Notes: generated from the letters alone by a model not told the origin. A stretch of 64,000 nt of DNA from Candidatus Latescibacterota bacterium (GCA_965203175.1 OZ241867.1:5088001-5152000), one strand, 5' to 3'; shown: positions 28,625-38,724, numbered from the stretch's first letter. A program made the numbers and translations.

Positions 28625-30859
28625 TTGAACCCTCTACTATCCATTGCCAAAAGCGCCGTCGTCCTGGCGGTCATCGCCACACCAAGCCAAGCTTGGGAAA
28701 CCCCCGTCGTCCAAGCCACCCGCACGCCCACGCCTCCGAACATCGACGGCCGCCTCGACGATTCGGTCTGGCACCAAGCCCCGATCATAACCGACTTTTT
28801 CCAGCGCGAACCCGTCGAAGGTGCCCCACCTACCGAGCAGACCCAAGTCCGCATCCTATTTGACGACGATTATCTGTACTTTGCCCTGCGCTGCTTCGAC
28901 AGCGAGGCCGGCCGCCTAGTGGCCAACCAAATGCGGCGCGACGCCGAGTTGGACGAAAACGACAATATCCAGATTATCCTCGATCCCTATAACGACCGCC
29001 GCGGCGGCTTTTACTTTAGCACCAATCCCTTGGGCGCGCGCCAAGACCTACTGCTCACCGACGAGGGCCGCACCCGCAACCAAGCCTGGGACAGCGTCTG
29101 GCAGAGCAGCACTCGTATCGACAGTTTGGGTTGGAGCGCCGAAGTGGCCATTCCCTTTGATCAAGTGCGCTATCCCGACAGCGACCAAGCCGTGTGGGGC
29201 ATAAACATCGGCCGCGCCATTCGCCGCAAAAACGAGGAAGTATTTCTCGTTCCCCCACCCCAATCCTATGGCTTTAGAGGCCGCTACCGCACCTCGCGTC
29301 TGGCCATCCTGACAGGTTTGGGTCGGTTGCAGAGTCGCCCGCCCTTAGCGGTAGTTCCCTTCCTGCTAAGCGGCACCCAGCGCGATTTCACCGCCGATGG
29401 CTCCACTGAATACGACCTAGATCCGGGCCTAGATTTCAAATACGGCCTCACGCCCTCGCTGACTTTAGACCTGTCCTACAAAACCGACTTCGCCCAAGTG
29501 GAAGCCGACCAAGAGCAGATCAATCTCACTCGCTTCAGCCTGTTCTTCCCCGAAAAGCGCGACTTCTTCCTCGAAGGGGCCGGGATTTTTGAATTCGGCG
29601 AACGCGTCGAGCGGCAGGGATCTGGCGGCCGACCACCGACCCTGCTGTTCTACAGCCGTCGCATTGGCATTGAAGAGGGGCACAACCTGCCCGTATTAGC
29701 CGGAGGCAAACTCACCGGACGGGCCGGGCCCTATCAAATTGGTACTCTGCGCATGACCACCCAAGCCATGACCTTTGTCGATGAAGAGGACGAGGATCAA
29801 GCCGATCTTAGTGAGGACACCATCCTCGACACCCTGCACGTGGCCCAGACCGACTTCACAGTTCTGCGCATTAAGCGCGACATGCTGGGCCGTTCCAACC
29901 TCGGCTTCATCGCCATCGACAAACAACCCGGCTCCGAGGCCGACTACAACCGCACCGGCGGCGTGGACTTCACTCTGTCTCTATTGCAAGCCGCCCTCAA
30001 CCTGCGCGGCTTTGCCGCCAAGACTTGGACTCCCCAAGTGGAAGGCCGCGACCGGGCCGGCCTGCTGGAACTGGACTACCGCCAGGGCCGCTTTGAGACC
30101 CGCCTAAACTATTTGGACGTGGAAGAGGACTTTGCGCCCGAAGTGGGCTTTGTACCGCGCACCGACATCCGCCGCTTCAAAGGCAGCGGGCGCTATCGGC
30201 CCCGCCCGGCCATCGGCTGGATCCGCATGTTCTCGATCGGGCCGCGCTTTACCTATCTGATGGATCGGGGCAACACTTTGCAGAGCCGCGACTTTCAATT
30301 CTCCGCCTTTGTCAATTTGGAAATAGGCGACTGGTTCGGGGTGCGCTACCAGCAGCGCTACGAGCTTTTAGACGAGGCTTTTGCAATACGCGACGACCAA
30401 GAAATCCCTCCGGGCGCATACGAATTTGGCAGCTACTCACTCAATCTCTTCGCCAATTCGAGCCGCCGCCTCTCGGGTCGCATTTCGTGTGAATACGGCG
30501 ATTTCTTCAACGGCACCCGCCAGCGCGTCTCCACCGAGGCCGTCTGGCGCTACAATGCCCGCCTAGAACTGGAAGGCACCTACGAGTTCAACCACATCAA
30601 CCTGCCCAACGGCGCCTTCAACACTCATCTGTTCGGGCACCGCTTCCTCTATTCCTTCTCGCCCGACATGTTCGTGCGCGGCTTCTTGCAGTGGAATAGC
30701 GCCCAAGAGCTAGTAGGCGGCAATTTCCTATTCAACTACCGCTACCTGCCCGGCAGCGATCTGTTCATAGTGTACAATCAGGTGTGGGATACGGAAGGCG
30801 GACTGGAACAAGCTAGCCGATCGCTGCAGCTCAAAGTGTCGTATTATTGGCAGCGCTGA
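28625..30859 (+). CDS. CBM9-like domain plus outer-membrane beta-barrel (DUF5916-like)
   Basis: P.IDGRLDD..W, WSAEVAIPF, DFAQVEAD...INLTRFSLFFPEKRDFFLEG, LFYSRRIG; C-terminal LKVSYYW. Confidence 0.88.
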   Translation: MNPLLSIAKSAVVLAVIATPSQAWETPVVQATRTPTPPNIDGRLDDSVWHQAPIITDFFQREPVEGAPPTEQTQVRILFDDDYLYFALRCFDSEAGRLVANQMRRDAELDENDNIQIILDPYNDRRGGFYFSTNPLGARQDLLLTDEGRTRNQAWDSVWQSSTRIDSLGWSAEVAIPFDQVRYPDSDQAVWGINIGRAIRRKNEEVFLVPPPQSYGFRGRYRTSRLAILTGLGRLQSRPPLAVVPFLLSGTQRDFTADGSTEYDLDPGLDFKYGLTPSLTLDLSYKTDFAQVEADQEQINLTRFSLFFPEKRDFFLEGAGIFEFGERVERQGSGGRPPTLLFYSRRIGIEEGHNLPVLAGGKLTGRAGPYQIGTLRMTTQAMTFVDEEDEDQADLSEDTILDTLHVAQTDFTVLRIKRDMLGRSNLGFIAIDKQPGSEADYNRTGGVDFTLSLLQAALNLRGFAAKTWTPQVEGRDRAGLLELDYRQGRFETRLNYLDVEEDFAPEVGFVPRTDIRRFKGSGRYRPRPAIGWIRMFSIGPRFTYLMDRGNTLQSRDFQFSAFVNLEIGDWFGVRYQQRYELLDEAFAIRDDQEIPPGAYEFGSYSLNLFANSSRRLSGRISCEYGDFFNGTRQRVSTEAVWRYNARLELEGTYEFNHINLPNGAFNTHLFGHRFLYSFSPDMFVRGFLQWNSAQELVGGNFLFNYRYLPGSDLFIVYNQVWDTEGGLEQASRSLQLKVSYYWQR

Positions 30860-30883
30860 AGCTGCCGCTGGCGTTGCACCTCA

Positions 30884-31870
30884 TCAAATCACAAGAGATC
30901 GCACTGCTTCTTCAACTTTTTCACCGCTACCTTTTCCTCCACCCTCGAGTTTAAAGGCTATCTTTCCATCTTGATCAATGATATACTCAATAGGCATTCT
31001 ATCCACATTGTAGAGCCTAAAAACCGTATCTTTCCAGCCATTGCCTTCACATATCTGAGGCCACGTGAATTGCTCTTCCGTTATCGCAGCACGAAGAGCG
31101 TCAAAGTCTATATCATCTGATACACCAATGAGGGCTACCTCGTCCCCAGAATACTCCTGTGCAATGTTGCGAAGAGAAGGGTAAATAAACTTACACCAGC
31201 CACAGGTTGTACCCCAAAAATGCAAAACCACGACTTTACCCTGATAATCGGCAAGATCTATGTGATTGCCGTCTATATCGGACAACCTAAATTGAGGGGC
31301 CAACTGTCCGACGTTTAAATTGTCAAGCTCGTACATATGTCCTCGTGCATGATCTACATGCCGTTCAGAAGCATCCCATGCGATGATTTGTTCAAATCCT
31401 CGACGAGCTTTTCCCGTCTCACCTTCGCGTTCCCAAGTATCAGCTAAAGCGCACAGCAAGGCAGATCGACTCTTCAAGGGAACGACCTTTTCGACCAATT
31501 CCTCCAATAGGAGAGTTGCTTCTTTTTCTCGGCCATCACGTCCGAAACTGTTCCGCAAACCATGCTCGACTTCATCCCACACATCTTCGGTATAAGAAAT
31601 GTGCTTGAGGGCCGCTTGAACTTGGTCACTGACGTCTTCCAGATTTCCCCACATGATAAAAGCATTATGCAAAGCCTTTGTGGCTATCTCTGAAGGCCTC
31701 TTCTCCAGATACATCTGGAAAATTTCTGCGGCGAGTCGATGTTGGGGGTTGTTCTCACCAAAATAATCCTCTGCCGTCTCGTAGAACTTATCGACCTCTT
31801 CCCAAGCGGCCTTGTGCCATGCTTTAAAATCCATTTCTTCCTGGGACAGTGCATTGTTTTGCTCAGTCAT
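30884..31870 (-). CDS. TlpA-like redoxin with helical/TPR-like N-terminus
   Basis: VGQLAPQFRL, LHFWGTTCGWC, YIIDQDGKI; visibly more AT-rich than its neighbours. Confidence 0.85.
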   Translation of the reverse strand: MTEQNNALSQEEMDFKAWHKAAWEEVDKFYETAEDYFGENNPQHRLAAEIFQMYLEKRPSEIATKALHNAFIMWGNLEDVSDQVQAALKHISYTEDVWDEVEHGLRNSFGRDGREKEATLLLEELVEKVVPLKSRSALLCALADTWEREGETGKARRGFEQIIAWDASERHVDHARGHMYELDNLNVGQLAPQFRLSDIDGNHIDLADYQGKVVVLHFWGTTCGWCKFIYPSLRNIAQEYSGDEVALIGVSDDIDFDALRAAITEEQFTWPQICEGNGWKDTVFRLYNVDRMPIEYIIDQDGKIAFKLEGGGKGSGEKVEEAVRSLVI

Positions 31871-31881
31871 GTTTACCTCCC

Positions 31882-33843
31882 TCAATACAAATAACGATCA
31901 GCGACGCATTGGGCGATCTCCGCCACGGTCGTCTCCGTGCCCTTAATGGCATCGTGCACTCGATAGTGCCACGGCTCACTCCCCAAGCCAGCGCGCCAAT
32001 CCCGAATGGCCTGGACATTATTTTGGCCCGCCTTTTGCAACTGGTCAAGGCTGCCGCGCACCAACGCTTGATTTTCCATATCCGCCAAGTCGAGCGTGGC
32101 CATCTGTTCGGCTACCCAATAGACGCCGCGCGCCAATTCCACGTAGGACCGCACCACCCGCGTCTCATGGGCCAAATCCGCTTCTCCAAGGCCCTCAACA
32201 ATTTCCAAAGCCCGGTCGCAGATCTCGACTTTGGCGTCGAAGTCCTCCGCCCTGAGATAATAGCGGAACATCCCCTCGCCCAAATAGGGCCGCTGCCGCT
32301 GCCGCACCATCTCCGCAGCCTTGCCCCAAGAATAGCATATCGGGAAATCGGAATCGTACACGTCGAATTCCACCGGCCCCATCAAAGTAGCCCACTCGGC
32401 CACGGCTTCTGGATGGGCATAGCCTTCCCGTCGCGCCCATGCCAAGGCGAATTCCGCCTCGTCGCGGCCTTGCATATTCCAAGCCCATTCGGCCAAAGCA
32501 TGAATATTGAAGCTGCAAATCTGACGCTCTGGACCGCCCCAAGCCATCATGGCGTACGCTCCGCTATAGCCCCGCCGCACCAGTTGGCCGACGTAGTCTC
32601 GCATGCGGTGGGCCGAGCGCTGCGGCACCTTGAACTCGGGCGTATCTACCTTACCGTTGGCCGCAATGGGCACATCGTAACTGGCTATCCAGCGCCCCTC
32701 GGCGGCATAGTGATCCAGCAGCGGATTGGCCATCAAATCGCGCGGCCGGTGCAGCACCCTCTCCAGTTCCGTAGCGCAGGCCCGTTCGATCTTCACCTCT
32801 GGAGGCAACTCGTCCAGCACCCGATAGTTGCGCACAGTAGTGGTGGTCGATAAAAAGATGCGAATCTGCAAATTGGGATAGCGCTCTTGGGCCTGCCGCC
32901 ACGCCGCCACAAAAGCCCGCGATTCCAGCACAAACTGCCCCACCGCCGTGCATTCATAACAACCGCACTGCCCCGGCCGTTCACTCAACCAGCAGCTTAT
33001 TTCCTCGGCCCCCTGCTCGGCGATATCCTCCATCCACTCTTGTATGATTTGCACCAACAGCGGCTGCGAAGCGCAGGGAGCCCGGTGCTGATTGCCCGTC
33101 TTGTGAGCAAAATAGCGCCCGGTCAGAGCACCGTCTCCCTTGCCAGCTAGTTCGGGATAGGCCCTGAAAAGGCCGCAGTCGTGCAGGAAGTTGAGGTGCA
33201 GAATGTAGGGCAGATAATTAAAAGCCCGCTGCCGCGCCGCTTCGAACTGCTCCCGATCAATAGTGGCCCGATTGCGCTGGCCGCGTTCAATGGGATGCAA
33301 TTGCGTCGAGGCCATTTTGCCGTAGTTCATTTTGAGCGTGGCCAGCCACGGGATCCAAGTCGCAGGTTCGGGAAAATTCCACAGACCCCGCTCGTCCATA
33401 TCCGGCCAGTCGAGCACCTCGGCCAAGGGGATGTGCACCTGCTCCGGACTCATTTCGGGTTCGAGCAATTGGATCAGGGTCTGGCAGGCGTAGTACACGC
33501 CGCGCTCGTCTAAACCCGTCAGCACTAAGTAGTCTCGCCCCCTTGGCTCAATGAGGTACGCCTGGGCCTTATTCTTCAAACTCTGAAGCCGTTCAATGGC
33601 CGCACTGTTTGCCGAGGCCACGCCAATGTCGATGGTAAAGGCCCCACCATCTGGCTTTGCTTTTCCCTTTTCAATGAACAGTGCTTCCAGTTCGGCGACA
33701 CCCTGCTGCTCGATTGGCCCCGCTTGGTCTCGCAGCACAATGCCCACTTCGCCCGGCTTACAGCGAACACTGTCAGCAATCCGAATCTCGTGCGGCAGAG
33801 GCAGCAGATAGGACGTCCATTGCGTCGGATTAATTGTAGTCAT
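31882..33843 (-). CDS. Protein with GH20 N-terminal (zincin-like) domain; putative glycoside hydrolase
   Basis: LLPLPHEI, QAYLI, GLDERGVYYACQTLIQL, DWPDM..RG; start at MTTINP (the ORF-track extension overlaps the SDR gene). Confidence 0.75.
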   Translation of the reverse strand: MTTINPTQWTSYLLPLPHEIRIADSVRCKPGEVGIVLRDQAGPIEQQGVAELEALFIEKGKAKPDGGAFTIDIGVASANSAAIERLQSLKNKAQAYLIEPRGRDYLVLTGLDERGVYYACQTLIQLLEPEMSPEQVHIPLAEVLDWPDMDERGLWNFPEPATWIPWLATLKMNYGKMASTQLHPIERGQRNRATIDREQFEAARQRAFNYLPYILHLNFLHDCGLFRAYPELAGKGDGALTGRYFAHKTGNQHRAPCASQPLLVQIIQEWMEDIAEQGAEEISCWLSERPGQCGCYECTAVGQFVLESRAFVAAWRQAQERYPNLQIRIFLSTTTTVRNYRVLDELPPEVKIERACATELERVLHRPRDLMANPLLDHYAAEGRWIASYDVPIAANGKVDTPEFKVPQRSAHRMRDYVGQLVRRGYSGAYAMMAWGGPERQICSFNIHALAEWAWNMQGRDEAEFALAWARREGYAHPEAVAEWATLMGPVEFDVYDSDFPICYSWGKAAEMVRQRQRPYLGEGMFRYYLRAEDFDAKVEICDRALEIVEGLGEADLAHETRVVRSYVELARGVYWVAEQMATLDLADMENQALVRGSLDQLQKAGQNNVQAIRDWRAGLGSEPWHYRVHDAIKGTETTVAEIAQCVADRYLY

Positions 33844-33854
33844 GCGATATCCCC

Positions 33855-34682
33855 CTATTGGCGTGGCCTTTTCGGCGGCGTAGCCGACACGCCTTCCATG
33901 CCACCGCTGACGCGGAGTACTTCGCCGGTGATCCACGCGGCCGCCGGGCTGCACAAGAAGGCCACGCCTTGGGCAATATCCTCTGGCTCGCCCCAGCGTC
34001 CTAGGGGAATGGCCGTGCGAATGCGCTCGATCATCTCTTCTTCGGATATCCCTAACGTGACGCGGCGCTGGGCCATATTGCGCTGGTTGAATTCCGTGTA
34101 CACCGGCCCCGGACACACGGCATTGACCCGCACACCGTACGCGGCCAACTCCAGCGCAAAGGTCCGTGTGAGGCTGATGATACCGGCCTTGGCGACGTTG
34201 TACGCAGCCACCAGCGCAGCCGGATTCTGGCCGTTGATCGAGGAAATATTGACGATGCTGCCGGCCTCCTGTTCTTCCATGATGCGCCCAACAGCGCGGC
34301 AGCAGTAAAAGGCTCCAGTCAGAGTCACATCCATCACCCGGTGCCATTCGGCGTCCTCCAACTCGACTATCGGGGCGACCTGCTGCCCGGTGCCAGCATT
34401 GTTGATCAGGATGTCCACTCGCTTCTCTTCGGCGACCAGCTCGGCGAAAAAGGAAGTCACCGCAGCGCTGTCAGTTATATCGAGCGCCACAGCTCGCACG
34501 TTTAGGTCTTCTTCTTGGAGCTTCGCAGCCTCCTCGCGCGCCTTATCCTCCTGCCGATCGGCGATGACCACACTGGCTCCGTCGCTGGCTAACTGCCGGG
34601 TGATTCCCAGCCCTAAGCCTTGGGCTCCGCCTGTGACGACGGCGATTTGTCCGTCCAGTGGACGGTTTTCAAGCTGATTCAT
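33855..34682 (-). CDS. Short-chain dehydrogenase/reductase
   Basis: TGGAQGLG, NNAG, YNVAK, VNAVCPG. Confidence 0.95.
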   Translation of the reverse strand: MNQLENRPLDGQIAVVTGGAQGLGLGITRQLASDGASVVIADRQEDKAREEAAKLQEEDLNVRAVALDITDSAAVTSFFAELVAEEKRVDILINNAGTGQQVAPIVELEDAEWHRVMDVTLTGAFYCCRAVGRIMEEQEAGSIVNISSINGQNPAALVAAYNVAKAGIISLTRTFALELAAYGVRVNAVCPGPVYTEFNQRNMAQRRVTLGISEEEMIERIRTAIPLGRWGEPEDIAQGVAFLCSPAAAWITGEVLRVSGGMEGVSATPPKRPRQ

Positions 34683-34716
34683 TAGATAACCTCATGTCGG
34701 TTTGAGATGACTGTAG

Positions 34717-35805
34717 CTATAGCCCATAATTCTTCACCGTCGCACCGCATATCTGCATGATAGCGTCGCGCTCGGCAGTGCTAAACGCCTCTTCGTATTG
34801 GGGTTGATACGCAACCTGCTCGCCCCAACCCTTTACCCACGCTTCGTCAGCGTCCAAGTTGCAAAACGCCAGAATGTCCGCAATTTTTTGCTCGGCTTCC
34901 GCGCACAACTGCTCAAACGGCACCACCAAACAGCGAGTCTTAAGCGCTTCGTGCTGCAGCACCTCCTCGTAGGTCCAAGCGTATATCGCATTCCAGTATT
35001 CAGCCCACCCCTCGGCATCGCGCCCTTCGCCCCACAGCGTTTGGATGTGCCGCGTTTTCTCCGCGTCGATGGTAATGGGAATGCGCTCGTGGCCAAACTC
35101 GAAGTGGCCGGCGTTGCGCAGGTACTGGCGATGATCTGGGGATGAGAAATGGGCCAAGTTGCGCTGGTGCTGGCGCGCCATGGATGCGATGTGCGCGACC
35201 GGATGGCGCACAGCAATGACAAAGTGCGCGTCCTCGTATAGCTTGGCCAGATACGCGATCCGCGTGATATTGTAGTTGTTTTTGGAGACGATGCGCTCGG
35301 CGTCTCGGCACAGCAACAGCTTCGCCAAGGTCGCTGCGTAAACCGCCTCAAATTCCGGATGGCTGGTTTGCCGTTCGACTGCGTTGTTCTCGGCAGGATT
35401 GTGCAGATAAGCGAAAAACTGCATCCACAGGATTTCTTCCATGGCTTCTGGACTGTATGCGTTGACCATCACGCCGTCGGCATGTGCCCGCTCTTGTTTG
35501 CGCGCCGCGCCCAATCCGACGGCGCGGAAGATGTGGTCGGCCCAAAACGGCGTGAATGCGCCGTAGTAATCGCAGTATTTGAACGAGGTAAGGCGCGGAT
35601 GAGACGCCAATATATTCAGCAGCAGAGTCGTGCCAGCGCGCGCCAATCCCGTGATGTAAATGGGCGCTTCTACCGTCCGCCGCGCCAACCGGCCCTTGAG
35701 CAACTTCGTCTCCAGCTTGCCCACGTCAATCCAAAAGTTCGGATGCGCATGCACCAGCCAGCCGAAAAAACGCATCAGCCGCGTTTGATTAAAGTCCGTT
35801 TTCAT
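34717..35805 (-). CDS. PAPS-dependent sulfotransferase
   Basis: ITGLARAGTT (5'-PSB loop), VRHP...IAS (3'-PB motif), FEQLC. Confidence 0.88.
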   Translation of the reverse strand: MKTDFNQTRLMRFFGWLVHAHPNFWIDVGKLETKLLKGRLARRTVEAPIYITGLARAGTTLLLNILASHPRLTSFKYCDYYGAFTPFWADHIFRAVGLGAARKQERAHADGVMVNAYSPEAMEEILWMQFFAYLHNPAENNAVERQTSHPEFEAVYAATLAKLLLCRDAERIVSKNNYNITRIAYLAKLYEDAHFVIAVRHPVAHIASMARQHQRNLAHFSSPDHRQYLRNAGHFEFGHERIPITIDAEKTRHIQTLWGEGRDAEGWAEYWNAIYAWTYEEVLQHEALKTRCLVVPFEQLCAEAEQKIADILAFCNLDADEAWVKGWGEQVAYQPQYEEAFSTAERDAIMQICGATVKNYGL

Positions 35806-35837
35806 AGCTTATTCGCTCTTAAGTAAGGACGCTAAAT

Positions 35838-36773
35838 ATGAACATAAACGCACTTAGGCAAGCCCAGGCCCGCATCGCCGAGGCGATTAAGGCCCTTAAG
35901 AAGACGCGAAATGAGCATGAGGAGTACTTGAAGCCGATTGAGACGCGCACGCGCCAATTGCTGATTGACCCGATGCTTGAGGCATTGGGTTGGGACGTTC
36001 GGAATCCCACTCAAGTTCACCTTGAATACAAAGGCACCTCGGGCAAACCCGATTACGCGCTATTCTCGCATGGCAACGTGGTCGCACTCATTGAAGCAAA
36101 GAAATTGGAGATACCGCTAGCCCGTATCAAAGTGGAGCAGGTGATAAAGTACGCGCGAGACAGGGCACTCACCAGTTTGAAATATGTCGTGTGGACTAAC
36201 GGCGATCATTGGCAGATCTGGTCAATAGAGGAGGATCGAGAAGAGTCGTTTCAGCTTTCTAGCACGCAAGAGTACGAATGCGCGGCAAAGGTAATACAGC
36301 TATTGCGTAGCGCGTTGGAAGTTCAGGAGGTGTCGCCGACGCCTAAGCCCAGTCGTGTACATGAGACCATTGATCCGTCCAATAACGGCGACTGGGAACC
36401 ACTTACGTCATTAAAAGTAAAAAGAGGTCAGAAACTTCCGACAAATACCAATATCAAGTTTCCGGACTCGAGTACAAAACCGCTCAAGCATTGGACCGAT
36501 ATGCTCGCCTTCGTTGCGGAGTACTTGGTTAAAACGGGCAAGATTTCAGCACAGAATTGTCCAGTAATTAAGGGAAATTCAAAACAATATCTTCTACATA
36601 CTGAACCGATTCACCGGAACCTCAAGGAGTTTATGGCCAAGCGAGAAATCGGGAACGGGTTATGGGTGCTTACCTATTTTAGCGCAGATAAAATGCACGA
36701 AAACGCCTGCTGGCTACTCAATAAATTCGGCGTCAACCCCTCCACCGTCCTCGTCAGCACCAACCGGAGCTAA
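35838..36773 (+). CDS. HsdR N-terminal-type PD-(D/E)xK nuclease with C-terminal accessory domain
   Basis: ETRTRQLLIDPMLEALGWD, KPDYAL, IEAKK, Q...YA, WTNG..W; AT-richer than its neighbours. Confidence 0.8.
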   Translation: MNINALRQAQARIAEAIKALKKTRNEHEEYLKPIETRTRQLLIDPMLEALGWDVRNPTQVHLEYKGTSGKPDYALFSHGNVVALIEAKKLEIPLARIKVEQVIKYARDRALTSLKYVVWTNGDHWQIWSIEEDREESFQLSSTQEYECAAKVIQLLRSALEVQEVSPTPKPSRVHETIDPSNNGDWEPLTSLKVKRGQKLPTNTNIKFPDSSTKPLKHWTDMLAFVAEYLVKTGKISAQNCPVIKGNSKQYLLHTEPIHRNLKEFMAKREIGNGLWVLTYFSADKMHENACWLLNKFGVNPSTVLVSTNRS

Positions 36774-36777
36774 GCCC

Positions 36778-36827
36778 TCCCTCCTCCACAAAGCCTACAT
36801 CGCCACCCTCATCTGCTGCCTCCTATT
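36778..36827 (+). repeat. Exact 50-bp copy of 37405-37454 (5' end of the arylsulfotransferase gene)
   Basis: TCCCTCCTCCACAAAGCCTACATCGCCACCCTCATCTGCTGCCTCCTATT occurs at both sites. Confidence 0.95.
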
Positions 36828-36950
36828 GCCGTTGCCCTGCCGCGAGCGAAGGGGTGTGTTGCCGCGAAGAAACAACGTCGTTGACGCAAGGTAACAGCCC
36901 GGCGCATATCGCCCCTATCGAGGCCAGAGAAAACGGGCGGCTGCCCGGCA

Positions 36951-36966
36951 TGGTCCACCTTTTGCT
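36951..36966 (+). promoter_or_regulatory. Sigma54 promoter-like site for the coiled-coil gene
   Basis: TGGTCCACCTTTTGCT, GG-N10-GC, ending about 43 nt before ATG 37010, which has a GGAGGA RBS. Confidence 0.5.
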
Positions 36967-37009
36967 TGAAAGGGACGAATGCGTACCTTTATCCACGGAG
37001 GAATTTCTC

Positions 37010-37360
37010 ATGGCCGAACAGCCGTCCCAGCCTGTCCCACCAACGGAATCCACGCTCGCCCTCAGCTTCCTGCGAGAGGATATTCAGGATGTGCGCCAAG
37101 ATGTGCGTCAGATCAACGGGCGCATTGATGCCCTGCGCACCGAGATGAACGGGCGCATTGATGCCCTGCGTACCGAGATGAGCGAGCGCATTGATGCCCT
37201 GCGCACCGAGATGAGCGAGCGCATTGATCAGACCAACGGGCGCATTGACGAGTTAGGCAAACAACTCGATTCGCGCTACGCGCGGCTGATGGCCACGCTC
37301 ATCACCTGCACCGGCATCCTCGTCGCCTCCTTGGGGACGGCCGTGGCGGTGCTCAAGTAA
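37010..37360 (+). CDS. Small coiled-coil protein with C-terminal membrane anchor (DUF1640/CCDC90-like)
   Basis: 11-residue repeats RIDALRTEM(N/S)(G/E); hydrophobic tail ending in K. Confidence 0.85.
   Translation: MAEQPSQPVPPTESTLALSFLREDIQDVRQDVRQINGRIDALRTEMNGRIDALRTEMSERIDALRTEMSERIDQTNGRIDELGKQLDSRYARLMATLITCTGILVASLGTAVAVLK
37115..37228 (+). repeat. 33-bp coding tandem repeat, about 3.5 copies
   Basis: A(AC/GC)G(G/A)GCGCATTGATGCCCTGCG(C/T)ACCGAGATG units. Confidence 0.9.
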
Positions 37361-37398
37361 AGCCTCCTGTTCAGCCAAGCGAATACTCTAGCTACTCG

Positions 37399-38724
37399 AT
37401 GTCGTCCCTCCTCCACAAAGCCTACATCGCCACCCTCATCTGCTGCCTCCTATTCCTCGCCTTCATCTACGGCGTGGTGTCGGCAATATTCCACCTCTCC
37501 CCCGCTCCCGACATCCGCATCCACGCCGTCAACGCCTACGGCCACCTCGCCTATCTCTACGAAGACCTCACCGACACCAAAAACCAATACACCAGCACCA
37601 TGTGGTTTGAAGACGCCAGCGAGCCATCCGGAGCCATCATCCACAACGCCACCGCCATGCAGCCCGGCCTGACCCTCGTATCCAAAAACGCCACCGCCGC
37701 CGTGCTCATGGATTCGCTAGGCAACATCGTCCACCAGTGGCAATGCGACTTTGCCGCCGCCTTTGACGAAGACGACTTCGCCGCCTTCCCGCAGCAACCC
37801 GACATGCTGCACTGGCACCGCACCCACCTGTACCCCAACGGCGATCTCCTCGCCAACCACGACTACGTCAACCACTACCCCTACGGCTACGGCCTCGTCA
37901 AACTCGACAAAAACTCACAGGTAATCTGGAAATACACCGGCACCGCCCACCACGACTTCGACTTCGACGACCAAGGCAACATCTACACCCTCGTCCAAGA
38001 AATCGGCACCACACCCATCGGCAACATCCAACCTCCGTACATCGAGGATTTTGCCGTGGTCATCGACGGAGTAACCGGCCAAGAGAAGCGGCGCTTTTCC
38101 ATCTTTCGCGCCCTGAAAAACTCGCCGTATCGCAGCGTGTTCGACCGCTGGCAGACCACCCGCCACAGCGAAGTCACCCACACCAACGCCATTCGCCTAA
38201 TCCCGCCGGATTGGGCCACAGCCGCTCACATCCCGCGCGCCAAAGCCGGCGACCTACTCATCTCCCTGCGCAACCCCAACGCCCTCATCATCGTCGATCC
38301 CATCGAGCAACAAGTGATCTGGTATGGAGAGGGAATCTGGAAACAGCAGCACGACCCAGACTTCCTGCCCAACGGCCACCTGCTGCTCTTCGACAACCAG
38401 GGCCTGCGCGGCCACCCCTTCGGCCAAAGCCGCATACTGGAGATAGATCTATTTACACACGAAATTTACTGGGAGTACAAGGGCACCAGCGCCGATCAGA
38501 TTTTCGACAGTTGGATCCGCGGTGCCCAACAGCGGCTGCCCAACGGCAACACCCTCATCACGGAATCGCAACGCGGCCGCCTGCTCGAAGTCACGCCAGT
38601 CGGCGAAATCGCGTGGGAATACTACAATCCAGACCGCGCCGAATACCAAGGCAAACCCCTGCGTGGCATGATGACCCAAGCCCAGAGGATACCCCAAGAT
38701 GCCCTGTCATTTCTCGAAAATTAG
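37399..38724 (+). CDS. Arylsulfotransferase (ASST)-like beta-propeller, membrane-anchored
   Basis: AHHDF, THTNAI, LLISLRN, QQHDP, LLFDN, QRLPNGNTLITES..GRLLEV. Confidence 0.88.
   Translation: MSSLLHKAYIATLICCLLFLAFIYGVVSAIFHLSPAPDIRIHAVNAYGHLAYLYEDLTDTKNQYTSTMWFEDASEPSGAIIHNATAMQPGLTLVSKNATAAVLMDSLGNIVHQWQCDFAAAFDEDDFAAFPQQPDMLHWHRTHLYPNGDLLANHDYVNHYPYGYGLVKLDKNSQVIWKYTGTAHHDFDFDDQGNIYTLVQEIGTTPIGNIQPPYIEDFAVVIDGVTGQEKRRFSIFRALKNSPYRSVFDRWQTTRHSEVTHTNAIRLIPPDWATAAHIPRAKAGDLLISLRNPNALIIVDPIEQQVIWYGEGIWKQQHDPDFLPNGHLLLFDNQGLRGHPFGQSRILEIDLFTHEIYWEYKGTSADQIFDSWIRGAQQRLPNGNTLITESQRGRLLEVTPVGEIAWEYYNPDRAEYQGKPLRGMMTQAQRIPQDALSFLEN

Noticed and set aside
33844-34347. N-terminal extension of the 821-aa ORF 31882..34347
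   Set aside because: It overlaps the SDR gene in another frame; family motifs start at MTTINP (33843).
37115-37228. 33-bp repeats as a CRISPR array
   Set aside because: The units are head-to-tail with no spacers, lie in frame within a gene, and there are no cas genes.
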